Shown here in pieces: positions 37,881 through 51,435 of a DNA stretch of 64,000 nucleotides (within the stretch, counting starts at the first letter, position 1; each line of letters opens with the position of its first letter). Where the stretch lies: positions 21,328,001 through 21,392,000 of the forward strand of contig OX597837.1 in NCBI GenBank assembly GCA_951406725.2, given 5' to 3'. The position numbers were made by a program, and so were the translations under genes. The notes below the pieces were generated by a model. The model was not told the DNA's origin. It was given only the letters and a program-made list of their open reading frames with translations, and searched no databases. This DNA is from Octopus vulgaris (Eukaryota).

Positions 37881-38556
37881 ATGGTAGTAGAGTGGTTAGC
37901 CTTCTGGTATCTTCCTTCTAGGGATCAGCTTTGATTTTCATACTGGGCTTGATTTTATCAACAGTACTTCTTTCTTCACTAATTTTTTTGCCTTGTGCTC
38001 TTGTAACGCATTAATCATTATCTTTATTATTATGTCTGTATATATTTACACATGTGTTCATTGCGAGCGATTGAGTTATGTAAATCTAATGGCCATATGT
38101 CTGTAATAAAATAAATTAGGCAAGATCTAATTATCTATTATTTTAAAAGCGATTTATTTTATGGAATAGATGTCTAGTTAATAACCTCCGTCTTAATCTC
38201 CTAGAAACGGTCTCTTCCAGACAGCAGTACTTCAGTGACTTAACAGCGGGAGGAGGAGGAAGAGGAGGAGAAACAAAGCCAAAACTACCTTGAATGAATG
38301 AATGAACGAACAATCAATATAAGGGTGAACTGAGTGAGAATTTTAACACGTTTCTATTTAGAAACCAAAGTCGAATTTGTGTTCAATACACAAGCATACA
38401 CATGCAAGCACTCACACAGAAGCACTTGCACACGTAGTCGCTCAGTTCAGAGCTTAAATTCACACTATTTGAATGGTTGAATAAGTAGATGTATTAATGT
38501 TCCGCAAAGAGTTGAGTGAAGAAAAAATATAAATATATTCGTCATACAATTTTGTA

Positions 38557-38601
<45 letters not shown>

Positions 38602-38952
38602 ATAATATAGTAGTTAAATACAATTTGTATATATAGTTAAATGCAGAGAGTATTGGATAGCATCTTACTTCAGGAATAATGTTATGTGTTTGTGTATGTG
38701 TGTGTATTTATATGTATGTATGTATATGTGTGTGTGTGTATATATATATGTATTTGTGTATGTATGTATGTGATTTTGTGTATATATATATGTGTGTCTA
38801 TATATCGTATATATATAATGTTTTTTTGTTTTTTTATATTTAAAGTTTCAGCTCAGAGCTGCGGCCATGCTGATGCACCGCCGTTATATATATATATGTG
38901 TATGTATTTATATGTACCTCCATATATGTGTGTGTTTATATGTGTATGAATT

Positions 38953-38988
<36 letters not shown>

Positions 38989-39497
38989 TCTGTGTGTATG
39001 TATATATATAAATACGCGTGCGCACACACACACACGGTTGTGTAGTTAACTTCCCAGTCACATGACTTTAGGTTCAGTTGCACTGCATGCCACATTTGAC
39101 ATTTGTCTTCTATAAACCTGGGCCAAGTGAAACCTTGTGAATGGATTTAGAGAAACTGAAAGAAAGACCTTGTGTGTGTATCTTGATATTGCATGATAGT
39201 TGTAAATGAGTGTCACTGTCAAACAAGTGGTGTCATTTGTTCACCAGTCTTCTGAAAATTTGCTGGGTCATAGGGAAATATTACTTTACCTGGAAACAAA
39301 AATTGGTCAACTGGAAGGGACATCAGCTGTAATAGTTCTACCTCAGTGAATTGTGTCTAACCAATGCAAACATGGAAAAGTGCTTGTTAAATCGATGCTG
39401 GTGGTTTATACAGACACATATATATTTTTATACGTTTTAAGCCAGTTCATTTGGGGAAGGGGCTACTCTTTTACATCACTTACCATTGGGCTTTCAG

Positions 39498-40345
39498 TGA
39501 AAGTTGTGTCATTGCCTTTGACATTATCACTTTCAACCATGTCTGATAATGCAAATCTGCCGGCTCTACCTGTCTCTCATCTCTTTTAATATTAGCTTCC
39601 AATAAAATCACATGTGTTGAAGGGACTCTTTCTGAACCACTCTCAATCGATTCTGGTGTACCCCAGGGTTCAGTTTTGTTCCCATTCTCTTCCTTCATCT
39701 ATGATTTACTTGCTTTCATTTCTAGTAATCATCATCATCATCATCATCATCATTTAGCGTCCGCTTTCCATGCTAGCATGGGTTGGACGGTTCAACAGGC
39801 CCAGTCTGATCTGGCAATGTTTCTACGGCTGGATGCCCTTCCAAATCCAACCACTACGTGAGTGTAGTGGGTGCTTTTTACCTGCCAGACAGGGCTGGCA
39901 AACGGCCATGGTCAAATGGTGCTTTTTATGTGCCACCGGCATGGAAGCCATGCGAGGCTGGCAACGGCCATGATCGGATCGTGCTTTTTACATGCCATGC
40001 TTGTTCTTATGCAGATGGCATCACTTTTCAGTTCTCTGTGACCTTTCCCAACCATCTTTCATCCACGTGCAGCCATAGCACAATATGCCAAACTTACACC
40101 ATTTCTATGAACGGTGAGCCTTGAAAACATCCTTCAGTTAGGCTTTGCTAATCATTTCACTTGCAATAGTAATGCCTGCTCTTATATAGATGACATCATG
40201 TCCTCTGTGACCTTTCCTAACAATCTATCATCCACATGCAGCCCCAACACAATGCACCAAACTTACACCGAATCCATGATTGGGGACCTCAAAAGTATCC
40301 TCCTGTTGGGCCTTGTTAATCTTGTGACGTTTAGCATAAGTACAC
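39498..40345 (+). pseudogene. CR1/L2-like reverse-transcriptase relic, split by SINE C (39728-39995) and internally duplicated
   Basis: ESCVIAFDI..FNHV* (ALDISKAFDRVW-like), SGVPQGSVLFP..FIYDL, then CSYADG and a second CSYIDD...GDLKSILLLGLVNLVTFS (YADD region present twice). Confidence 0.8.
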
Positions 40346-40794
40346 TCTTCGTATCAAGAGAACACCTAAGCATGAGTTGAGAGTCTTCTTGTTTGTTCTA
40401 AAAGTTAGGCCTCACCACCACCTAAGATCTCTTCTAGTGAAAGCAGATCCTTGACTGGGACTGATTCTCAGACAGGAGAATAATCTCATTCAGACAACTG
40501 CTGATACGATACAAAGCTCAGCTGTGGAACGCAATGTATTATTGCTCCCACATCCTGGGACAGTGCTGTTACTGTGCACATAAGGATCCCAGATAACATT
40601 CATAGAAGTACCATTTAATTTGCTTGCTTCATGCTCTTGCTTAACGAGGTTGGGGTCATTCGAGGTTAGTGGTCCCAGAGATGTCACCATGCATAGAGCT
40701 GACCAGGTCCACCTGTCAATCAATCCCAGCCAAACCATCACTGCAGGCACTGTGGCAACCAACAACACTTGCAGACTTGATCCTGTCACTCCAT

Positions 40795-41075
40795 GATGAA
40801 GTCAGTGTTGCTTTGAAGAAGCTCACCAACTGCAAATCCCCTGGAATGTGCACTATCACTAGAGATGCTGAAGGCAGGTGGGGACAACATGATCCAGTGG
40901 CTCACTTGCATCATCAGCCATGCATGAGTATCAGAGTGTCTTCCAAATGACTGTACCTGGGGTATCATCCTCTCTTTCGGAAAACAGAAGGGCGACAAAC
41001 GCATCTGCACCAACCACAGGGGTATCACCCTCCTCTCCATCTTGGGCAAACTCTTCACCGGCATCATCCTAAGCT
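40795..41075 (+). pseudogene. RTE-clade LINE reverse-transcriptase N-terminal relic
   Basis: EVSVALKKLTNCKSPGMCTIT / frameshift / EMLKAGGDNMIQWL...LPNDCTWGIILSFGKQKGDKRICTNHRGITLLSILGKLFTGIIL. Confidence 0.9.
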
Positions 41076-41289
41076 GTTGCCACTCAACTGGTTGACATAA
41101 AATCATTTACAGACACGTCCCTGCCTCAGACCTACAAACATCCTGTCTGTGATGTGTATCTATGTATTATTATCATCAGTTTTTAACTCTGTAACTAGTT
41201 CCAATTTCAGAGTGGTGGCCATGCTGGGGCACCACCATTAGCTTTGCTACACCATCACTATTTGAAACAGCCTCTGATATGTGGAATTT

Positions 41290-41405
41290 TGTGAATGAGG
41301 GAGTTTCATGCTGCTGCCACCTTCATCTGCATTTCCTGCCATGAGGTAGGCTCGTCTGGAATCCTCGACAGGAAGAAATCCAGTTTTGTTTTGAAGACAC
41401 CTTTT
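41290..41405 (-). pseudogene. CR1-like LINE ORF2 C-terminal relic
   Basis: Minus strand gives GVFKTKLDFFLSRIPDEPT...AAA*NSLIH, typical of the FK..LD.FL..IPDEP...AA.SNSL terminus. Confidence 0.7.
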
Positions 41406-41999
41406 TTGTATTTAATATGGCTCAAATATTCTACTTGTTTTGTGTTCAAACTGACCAGACCAGGCCTCTCAGAACTACCCTGCAATGTCATTCTAAAATC
41501 CGAAAGCTATGAGACAGAAGCAGGATTAATTCAAAACAATTTGATTGAATAAACATCTTATGTGATGGAGTAATCTGAATGCTTGATGGATCCAAGGAGT
41601 GCATTGTTGCTGCAATATCTGCTTTGATACTGGTTTTATAGGCTGAGTGCCCTTCCTAATACCAACCACTTCACACCTTGGACCGGGTGCCCTTGATATG
41701 TCACCTGCACTATTGAGGTCATTGTGCAGTTTGCAGGATGCTAAGGAACAAAGGGGTTTACTATGAAATGGTTTTTTTTTTTTAGGGAGATCTGCATATC
41801 TGTGCACATCCAAGTAAGGGAAAGTGAGAGAGAGAGAGAAAGGGGAAAAGATCAGTAGGGGCTGCAAGAGAATAATGGTGGTGAGGTACCTGGGTGCATC
41901 ACCCCCAATTTTATATAATTAGTATGAGATTTATAAATATGATGCACACATACATGTACATCGCAACTGCCACCATCATTTTATGCAGATATATATGCG

Positions 42000-42662
42000 T
42001 TATGTGTGTGCTTGTGTATATTGTATATATGTGTGTATATATGTATATATATATATATAGTTTGTGTGTGTATATGTAGGTGTGTGTATATATGTATGTG
42101 TATGTATGTGTGTGCGTATATATATATATATATGTATATGTATGTATGTGTGTATATATGTATATATATCTATGTATGTGTGTATATATGTATATATATG
42201 TATGTATGTGTGTATATATGTATATATATATCTATGTATGTGTGTATATATGTATATATATGTATGTATGTGTGTATATATGTATATATGTATGTGTGTA
42301 TATATGTATATATATATGTATGTGTGTATATATGTATATATATATATGTATGTGTGTATATATGTATATATATATATGTATGTGTGTATATATGTATATA
42401 TATATATGTGTGTATATATGTATATATATATATGTGTGTATATATGTATATATATATGTATGTGTGTATATATGTATATATATATATGTGTGTATATATG
42501 TATATATATATGTATGTGTGTATATATGTATATATATGTATATATATATGTATATATGTATATATATGTATGTATATATGTATATATATATATATATGTG
42601 TGTGTGTGTATATATGTATATGTATATATATATATGTATGTGTGTATGTTTGTGTGTGTATT
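42000..42662. repeat. compound (AT)/(GT) micro/minisatellite
   Basis: Repeated GTGTGTATATATGTATATATAT units. Confidence 0.95.
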
Positions 42663-43304
42663 TAAAGAAAAAATTTTAAAAGCATTTCCAAATGATATAA
42701 AAAAAAAATGAGGCAGAAGAAGAATGTAAAGACAAAGGAAATATATGATGAAAAAGTGTCTCTCACCAGCCTTCCATAGAATGTTATCTTTTTGGTTACT
42801 GTGTTTCCCTTCTATAGTTATCTAGTGAGGTTTCCATGGAAATGGAGAGATTCAGAGATTCAGTAGTCTTGGAAGGTCAAACTAGTAGGTGAGGTCAGGA
42901 AGGTGCTTCACACATTCTGAACACTGTGAGGCATGAATGGCCAGGAGCTGAGGAAGAAACATTGTGATGGTGGTGGTGATGGTGGTGGCGATGTCGACGA
43001 TGGTGGTGGTGGCAGGATGGAGAGTGGGTGGGGATGTGGATTGTAGATTGGAAGGTGATGGTGCTGGTGGGAGCATATGTCCTTTTGTGTATGAAATGGA
43101 GATGGTGGATGTGAGAGAGAAATGTAGTCGACTATGCATTATAGCATTATGCGTATGCACATGCACACATACACACGCACACACACACATGGCTGTTTAC
43201 TTGGTTGCATCCTTCTTATCTGTCTATCTCATTCACTCACTCTCTCTCTCTTTCTCTTAACATATATATCTTTCCCTGTCTTCCTCTACATACAGAGACA
43301 TCTT

Positions 43305-43341
<37 letters not shown>

Positions 43342-43411
43342 TAAATATATATATAAATATAAATATAAATATTTATGTATGTATGTATGTGTGTGTATGT
43401 ATGTATGTATG

Positions 43412-43445
<34 letters not shown>

Positions 43446-43775
43446 TATATGCATGTATATTGTATGCGTATATGCCTGTATATTGTATGTATATATGTGT
43501 GTGTATATATATATGCATGTAAATTGTGCGTGTATATATGTATATGCATATATATTGTATGTGTGTGTACACACAAACGCACACACGCATGCATGTATGT
43601 TGTATCTATATTGCATATGTGTATTGTGTGTATTATATATATATATATATATACACTTCACATATGCAGATGCACGTTGCATCCAGATATATGCGCACAC
43701 AAAAGTACATTCATAGGTGCATAATCTATAGATATTCATGCACGCACGCACGCGCACACACACATACACGCACAG
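43305..43775. repeat. alternating purine-pyrimidine low-complexity tract
   Basis: (AT)/(GT)/(AC)/(GC) runs. Confidence 0.9.
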
Positions 43776-44209
43776 AGGCCACATAGAATTCTATTACAGT
43801 ATGTTATTGGCGTCTGATATATAAATGATTGGTTGAGCATTTACTCTCCTCTTTTGCTTGCTGTTAAGACAAACATAAAGAGATACACCTAGATAATAAA
43901 AGTTGCAATAAGAGATTCATTCACTTAGAATCCAAGGTATTTATATTTATGAAATATAGAATTTGGTGTCAACTTGATATTACCTGCTTGATGGAAACAT
44001 GTTTGATAAAGGTGGGTGGTGTTAAATTTAGGTTTCTGTGGCTAGGGGTATTTTTTTTTTTTAATGTTTTGTTATTACTGATGTGTTCATGTCAAATGTT
44101 GTCTTCTATTCATTGTCATCATCATCGTCGTCGTCCCCATCAATCTTATCATTCATCAGTCATTAACACTATTCATTATTACAATCATCCCCACCAACAT
44201 TATCCTTAC

Positions 44210-44248
<39 letters not shown>

Positions 44249-46150
44249 CGACTCCAGCATAAACAGCATCATCATTAATGTCATTATCATCATCATCATC
44301 TTTCTCAGGAGGGAGTGATTTGAAGACAGGTTTAAGAGAGAAAAAACATCTTTTTTTTAATGGAAAACAAAGAAAAGAATCAGTCGTTATTCCTTAATCC
44401 TTCATCTGTAATATTTTACACACACACACACACACACAGATGTATGTAGATAGAAAAATGATGAAATCATAATGAATATTTTATTGCTAATAATTATTTC
44501 TGCAAAGAGGCAGAATTTCTATATTTAGTGGCTATTGTTGTCATAGCTTATTATCATTTTCTTGTTAATTAGTATTAATTATGTCCACTGTGGAAAGTGG
44601 CCATAGCTTAGAATAAGAGGCAGGCTCCTGGCAAGCTACGTCTTGTGTATGTGTGTGTGTGTGTGTTTGGTTGTGTGTTGTCTGACCCCGTTTTTTTCAG
44701 TTACAGGTCAAATCCATTACACTACATTTCTGTGCCAACTGACACAGGTGAAGGGAGGAAAGGCATGAAAGCCTCAACATCACATTTCTTTTTTTTTTTT
44801 ATATCCATCCTTGGAAATTTTAGAGAGAAGAGGCCTGTGTACTTAGTGAGAGAGAGAAAGAAATCAATAGTAATTAATGTCCACAGATTGATTAATATTT
44901 TCAACATTAAACATTTCTGAACTCAGGCCATGTTGTAGAGAATTCATAATTAGGTACTGGAAGATGGAAGAGTGGGGAAGAAGAGGTGAGGTCGGAAGAG
45001 GTGGGTGCGGTTTACTGTGATATTTGTAATAGGTGTTTTGTTATTTAAATAAATAAGATGATCGTTATTAATTTAATTTTTTATTTTTTAAAAAGTGTTA
45101 TTAGCTGGATAGCAAAAAAAAAAAAAAAAAAAAGGAAGCAGACACTGACTGTATCAAATGACTAGTAACTGTATCATGTGTGCTAAGGTAACATTGGTTC
45201 ACCACAAGTTTAGTAGGGAAGTAACAAATTTTTTTTCTTTTAATTGAAATAATTAATCATGATTATCGAGTGTGTGGTTGTGTGAGAGAGTGTGTGTTAG
45301 TAAGTGAGCAACTAGATAGTTTTATTTGCTCCGATCTGGCAGTGACTTGAACAGTTACTAGTGGTGAACCATGTAGAGTGAGGTGGGGGGAGGAGGAGGA
45401 GGAAGAGGAGAGTTCCTTGTGAAACAAGTCTCAAACTAAGAGCTACCATTCTCTTCCTTTTCTACAGATGTTCTTGGGAAATATATACTTATAAACCTGT
45501 TTGCGTGTCCTTATTTTTTTCTGGACCCAGTAGGAGCTAATTTAAGATGGATATACGTATCTGAGATTCCAAAAGTCATTGTGCTCAGTGTGTACTGGAC
45601 ATACATCAGCATTGATTTGCGGAAGATTTGTATTTTCTTTCATGTTGTTGCCATGAGAAAATGCACTCCTTATATTCTGTGAAGTGGTTGGCAATAGGAA
45701 AGGTATACGACCGTAAAAACCTAGCCATAAGGAGCTATGTATGAGCACAAGTGTATGAGAGTAGTGTCTCCCAATTAGAAGTGACCCCATCCACAAGTAT
45801 CCTTCCAACTCATTTCAGCATTGGAATGCAGGCATAGGATGATGATGATGATGATGATGTTGATAGCTACAGCTGCTACTTCCAATCTAGGATAACTTGG
45901 TAGAATATAACTATGCTTCTGCTGATTGTTTTAGGTACATATGACCCAGTAAAACATTCATAAGGTGACAGCAGAAGGGAGAGAAAGGACTGCATCAGCA
46001 CTTGGCTGCTGTTCATTTCAGCTGATTTGTGGCATTTGACTTGTGTATTTGCTAGTGACACCTATCGGGGAGGGGTCCACACATCTATAGTTTGATTATC
46101 TTTGGAACCTCTCACAACTGTTTTTAATGAATGTGCTGGCAATGTACTTC

Positions 46151-46275
46151 AGACAGGTATATTTTGAAGTACCTTAAATTAATATAATCATCATCATCAT
46201 CTGTCCACTTTCCATGCTGGTATGGATTGTATGGTTTGACAAGGATCCAACAAGTCGAAGGGCCACTTCACACAC
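46151..46275 (+). repeat. local duplication, copy 1 (copy 2 at 50811-50943)
   Basis: AGACAGGTATATTTTGAAGTACCTTA ... AAGGGCCACTTCACACAC shared, including non-SINE flank. Confidence 0.9.
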
Positions 46276-46550
46276 GCTAGGAAAGAATCAATCATTGAAA
46301 AGGATTTAGTTAAGTAACCTTTTCATTATTAACCTGATGTTTGTTGTATGACTTAACCAAGAGGACCTCATATAAAATTGTAATTGGATGATTTAAGTAT
46401 GAGCAGTTTCATATGAAAAGTCATGTATCACATAATTAGATAATGTCCCCAAGTAGGTTGGTATAAAAAAAGTTGATTATGTTGGTTAAAGGGAGTTGAC
46501 TAAAATCTTGTGATCTGCAGAGCTTACTAGATATATTATAGAGCTTTTAA

Positions 46551-46760
46551 CCCCTTATCCATCTATCAGAAGTAATGCTTATTTATTCTTGTTGTTTTGT
46601 ATTGGTCATGCATTAACTTGTAGCTTTGAGGTTTTGAAGAGGTAACTGTTAATTTTAGAATGATATTGTAGGGTTGGTGTGAGAGGCCAGATCTGGCCAG
46701 TTTGAACATAAAACAGGTAGAATATTTTGGCCAGATACGGCTGGTTTAAATGCTAAGAAG
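46551..46760 (-). mobile_element. MITE family 1
   Basis: TTAA flanks; body matches 5366-5584. Confidence 0.8.
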
Positions 46761-47344
46761 TTAAACTTGTCTTTATACCGAGATTCTTACTTGCTTTAAG
46801 AGTCACGTGTGGATACCTCCCCCCACCACCACCACCATTCACACATGCATATGCTCACATATGCAGCTATGGTGGTGGAATTTTTCAAACACAGCAAATT
46901 TTCTATAATGTCTGATTTGATGCAACACATTTCCAAGTTTAAATCCCGCCAGCATTGACTTTTTCTTCTCATTTCTTCAAATTGCTGATAAAACAAGAAG
47001 TACTAGCAATAAATAAATAAGAAAGGATTGACTTAGTTGCCAGTGTTTCTTCCTTTTCAAATGAGATCTTGTACCCCAGATGATTGATCAGCTATATTTA
47101 TTGTAAACCTATTAGCCAGACACCTTGTCAGATGCCTCAGTCTGCAGACTCAGCGTGTCTATGTAACTAACTAAATCAATTGTTGTTTATGCTGTTTCAC
47201 TTGTTGTTTATGATAAATCAAATATTGCATATTGGTATCTCTTCATTTTGTTAGAAATTGCCCTGGCCAACCTAAATACAGTAGTAAATATTTTGTACAG
47301 ATATTCACATGAAAAGATTAACATTAATGTTTAAAGAGATTTGA

Positions 47345-48190
47345 TTTATCAAAACAGAAAAATCTCAGATTATGTACAGTGAGAAACACAGGCATGGCTA
47401 TGTAGTTAAGAAGTCCACCTACCAACTACATTATTTCAGGTTCAATTCTACTGCATGGCACCTTGGGTTTTTTTATTACTAAGCCCAAGGTTGATCAGGT
47501 TTTGTGAGGGGCTTTTTATCAAAACAGAAAAATCTCAGATTATGTACAGTGAGAAACACAGGCATGGCTATGTAGTTAAGAAGTCCACCTACCAACTACA
47601 TTATTTCAGGTTCAATTCTACTGCATGGCACCTTGGGTTTTTTTATTACTAAGCCCAAGGTTGATCAGGTTTTGTGAGGGGCTTTTTATCAAAACAGAAA
47701 AATCTCAGATTATGTACAGTGAGAAATGCAGGCATGGCTATGTAGTTAAGAAGTCCACCTACCAACTACATTATTTCAAGTTCAATTCTACTGCATGGCA
47801 CCTTGGGTTTACTACTACAGCCCAAGGTTGATCAGGTTTTGTGAGGGGCTTTTTATCAAAACAGAAAAATCTCAGATTATGTACAGTGAGAAACGCAGGC
47901 ATGGCTATGTAGTTAAGAAGTCCACCTACCAACTACATTATTTCAAGTTCAATTCTACTGCATGGCACCTTGGGGGTTTACTACTACAGCCCAAGGTTGA
48001 TCAGGTTTTGTGAGGGGCTTTTTATCAAAACAGAAAAATCTCAGATTATGTACAGTGAGAAACGCAGGCATGGCTATGTAGTTAAGAAGTTCACCTACCA
48101 ACTACATTATTTCAGGTTCAATTCTACTGCATGGCACCTTGGGGGTTTTCTATTACAGCCCAAGGTTGATCTGGTTTTGTGAGGGGCTTT
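47345..48190 (+). repeat. tandem array, 5 x ~170 bp, containing a SINE A head
   Basis: Units start at 47345, 47515, 47685, 47852 and 48021 and are nearly identical. Confidence 0.97.
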
Positions 48191-48912
48191 AGTAGGGAAG
48201 CTTTTTGTATGCATGCATTCATGTACATGTGTGTGTGTGTGTGTGTGTACATTTGCAAGCATCTGTGTGCGTTTACAGTTGTACTTTTGCCCAAATCACT
48301 GAACTACAACTGCTGGTATTAACATTTTACCTTTTCAACTAATTGTCTGCTAGCGTTGTGCCTTCACAGAAATGTGGATAAGAGATCCTATATTTGCAAA
48401 ACCAATAAGGATTACTTACTGAAAGGACATTCAGCTCTAAACTCATGCAAGCATGGAAAAATCAACAGACAAAAAGATACTGAAAGTCAACATTTGCTAT
48501 TTCATAATCGCAAATTATTATTGATGATTTATCATTATAAGTGATGAATTATATAAACGGGTGTTATTCCCTTCTGTATAGATAGGTGGTGGTGCTATAA
48601 ATTTCTATTATGGTATTTTTCCTTTTGATTACAAAATTCAACAAAATTCCATAATTCTGTGAAATCCTTCTGTTAAACATCCCATTGCAATTGTTTCATT
48701 CCTTGTTTTGTAAGATAAAAGTTTCATTTTACTAATTTTAAAACTCTATGCTCCCAGCTGAAATAACATGTATGTACACACACACAAATATATATATCTT
48801 ATATATATTGAGCACTACAATTCCAGTCTGTTATATATTTCGAGTGTTGTTGTCACTAGCGATCTCAAGATATAATTTTGTATTTTGTAATTTTTATATA
48901 TATATATATATA

Positions 48913-49213
48913 AGTGGCCCAGTGGTTACGGCAGCGGACTCATGGTCGTAGGATCGCGGTTTCGATTCCCAGACCGGGCGTTGTGAGTGTTTATTGAGCA
49001 AAAACACCTAAAGCTCCATGAGGCTCTGGCAGGGGGTGGTGGCGATCCCTGCTGTATTCTTTCGCCACAACTTTCACTCTTTCTTCTGTTGGCCTGCTCG
49101 CTTAGTCAGCGGGTTGGCGTCATTTGAAGGCTAAAAAACAATGCGAAGCGCATTGTGACCAGCGATGTGTAGCAACATCTGATAGCCTGGTCGGTCACGG
49201 TGATCACAGTGAT
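48913..49213 (+). mobile_element. young tRNA-derived SINE (family E related) inserted in (AT)n
   Basis: TGGCCCAGTGG A box, GTTTCGATTCC B box, CpGs retained, GTCACGGTGATCACAGTGATA tail. Confidence 0.9.
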
Positions 49214-50810
49214 ATATATGTATATATATAAAATGGAATACACTAATATCCCTGATTGGGTATATTTCTTCATTTTTATATTTTTGTGACTTCTCCCACT
49301 CTGATAACAGAATGCTCAGCTTATGGAATTCTTACTCAATATCATGATCCACATGCTTGGCTATTTTAGAAACAATTGTAAAGAGACTATGTTTATATTT
49401 CTCTATCTAAAATAAATTTTTTTCCTCCCCAAGTAATGCCAAATGTTTAGCTGTATCATTTATTTGGATGTGTGTGTGTGTGCAGGTCTGTTATGTATAT
49501 GTAGGTGTGTGTGTGTGCATGAGTGTGTCCCCCACCACTTGACACCAAGTGTAGGTTTTATTCATCTCTGTAACCTAGCAGTTCAATTGGTAGAGACTGA
49601 CAGAATAAGTACGAAACTTAAACTAAGTACTAGTGTCAGTTTGACTAAAATCCCTCAAAGCTCTGGCCCCAGCATTATCAGAGTCCTGTGACTGAAACAA
49701 GTAAGAGAATAAAAGTAATAATATGGCAGGAATAATGAACCCCTAGACTTACAAGCCTGCTTTATAGAATATAATTTCATCCCTTTTTGTACTGAGGTTT
49801 TAAAGCCTTCCTGGTTTGATACATCGAGAGTCAATTAAATGAGTAATAGGCATGTAATGATGATGATTCAATTTGCTGTCTTGTAACAGGGTGATAATCA
49901 GTTTTAACCTGTTCAACTTTAGTGAGTGATGGTAGCTGGCTGAATCAATAGATTGGAAGACCAGTGATTGATAAAGGCACTTAATTTTCAATTGATCTGT
50001 CAGCTTCTCGGTAACAAGGTACTACTGGGAGGGAGATACAACTCACTGCAGTAAGCAGCTTGCATTGCAGTGCTTAGATCAAATCTTGCCACAGACTGGA
50101 AACCATCACTAGTGTTGTCATCATCTGAGGAAGTCTGTACATTGTTGCCTGATTTTTTTGAAATAGTAGCCAAATGTCCCTCAGCCACACCCTTTCATCT
50201 TCAGACAGAGTATATTGGATAAATGTAGTCATAGCTTGAATTATATTAATCATCAGTCTGTTTAATCATCGTTACTGATTTGGAATTTTAATCCTCATCA
50301 GCTATAATCCAGGTTTTAATAATGGTTTCAGATTTTGGCACAAGGCCAGTAATTTGTGGGGGGCGGGGTGATAAGTCAATTACATCGACTCCAGTTCTCA
50401 ACTATTACTTACTTTATTGGCCCTGAAAGGATGAAAGGTAAAGTCGACTTTGACAGAATTTGAACTCAGAATGTAAAGATGGAGTGCTAACAATTCTGCC
50501 AACTTTCCACATGGTGGAGTTTGGTTTTAGTTGGCATGAATGAGGACATTAGACATCTGGGAGTTCTATAGAGCAATGGCTTCTGCACTGGTACCTAGAT
50601 ATGTTGGTTCAGAGAAGGTAGAAAATCACTCTGGTGGTATCTATCCTCTTTTAGGGAACATAAAAGACAGGCTTGGGTGGCACAACAATGATCTAAAGAC
50701 TTGTGGAATATTGTAAACAGGTGAATAAATCAGACAGGTGGATTGAATAAAACTTTGTTTTAATTATCGTTTGAGTCTTAGTAACCATATAAATGGAGTG
50801 TGAGTGTAAG

Positions 50811-50943
50811 AGACAGGTATATTTTGAAGTACCTTATATTAATATAATATACATCATCATCATCATCTCTCTACTTTCCATGCTGATATGGATTGTATGG
50901 TTTGACAAGGATCCAACAAGTCAAAGGGCCACTTCACACACAC
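50811..50943 (+). repeat. local duplication, copy 2 of 46151-46275
   Basis: Near-identical to 46151-46275. Confidence 0.9.
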
Positions 50944-51435
50944 ATGATGAGTAAGTTTTGAATTCAGATGTTTTTATAAATTGTACATTTATAACCTTGA
51001 GGACGTTATTTAATACTTAAAATATATCCAATATAATTTGAATATACACATGTGTGTGGGAGTATGTTTATATGTGGATATCTCTCTCTTTGTCTGTCTG
51101 TCTGTCTGTATGTATGTATGTATGTATGAGTCCTGTGGATGATTTCTTTGACTAAAACAACCCTTTAAGGCAGTGCTCCAGCATGGCTGCAGTCAAATGA
51201 CTGAAATAAGTAAAAGAATAAAAGAATCTATATAGGTGTGTGTGTTGCCCAGTGTACTATGTAAAGTGCTTGGCATTAAGAAAGGGTGCCCAGCCATAGT
51301 AGCCACACCAAAACTGAAATAATGGAACAAGACCTGGTTCTTTGGTCCATTTGATCTTGTCAAATTGTCCAATGATGATGGTGCTATATGAATATGTGTG
51401 TGTGCATGTGGGTATATATAATATATATGTATGTA

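Noticed and set aside
42006-42711. Long ORFs of 199-219 aa (also those at 7300-7900, 28575-29220, 43134-43786, 58656-59218)
   Set aside because: Y/I/V/C/M-rich translations of AT/GT microsatellites that lack stop codons by composition
47345-48190. CRISPR-like array or repeated small ORFs
   Set aside because: Whole units are near-identical with no unique spacers, the context is eukaryotic with no cas genes, and the ORFs derive from SINE sequence
48913-48990. Possible tRNA gene (also 33425-33490 and 15195-15260)
   Set aside because: A and B boxes are present but run straight into SINE bodies with no proper acceptor stem; these are SINE heads
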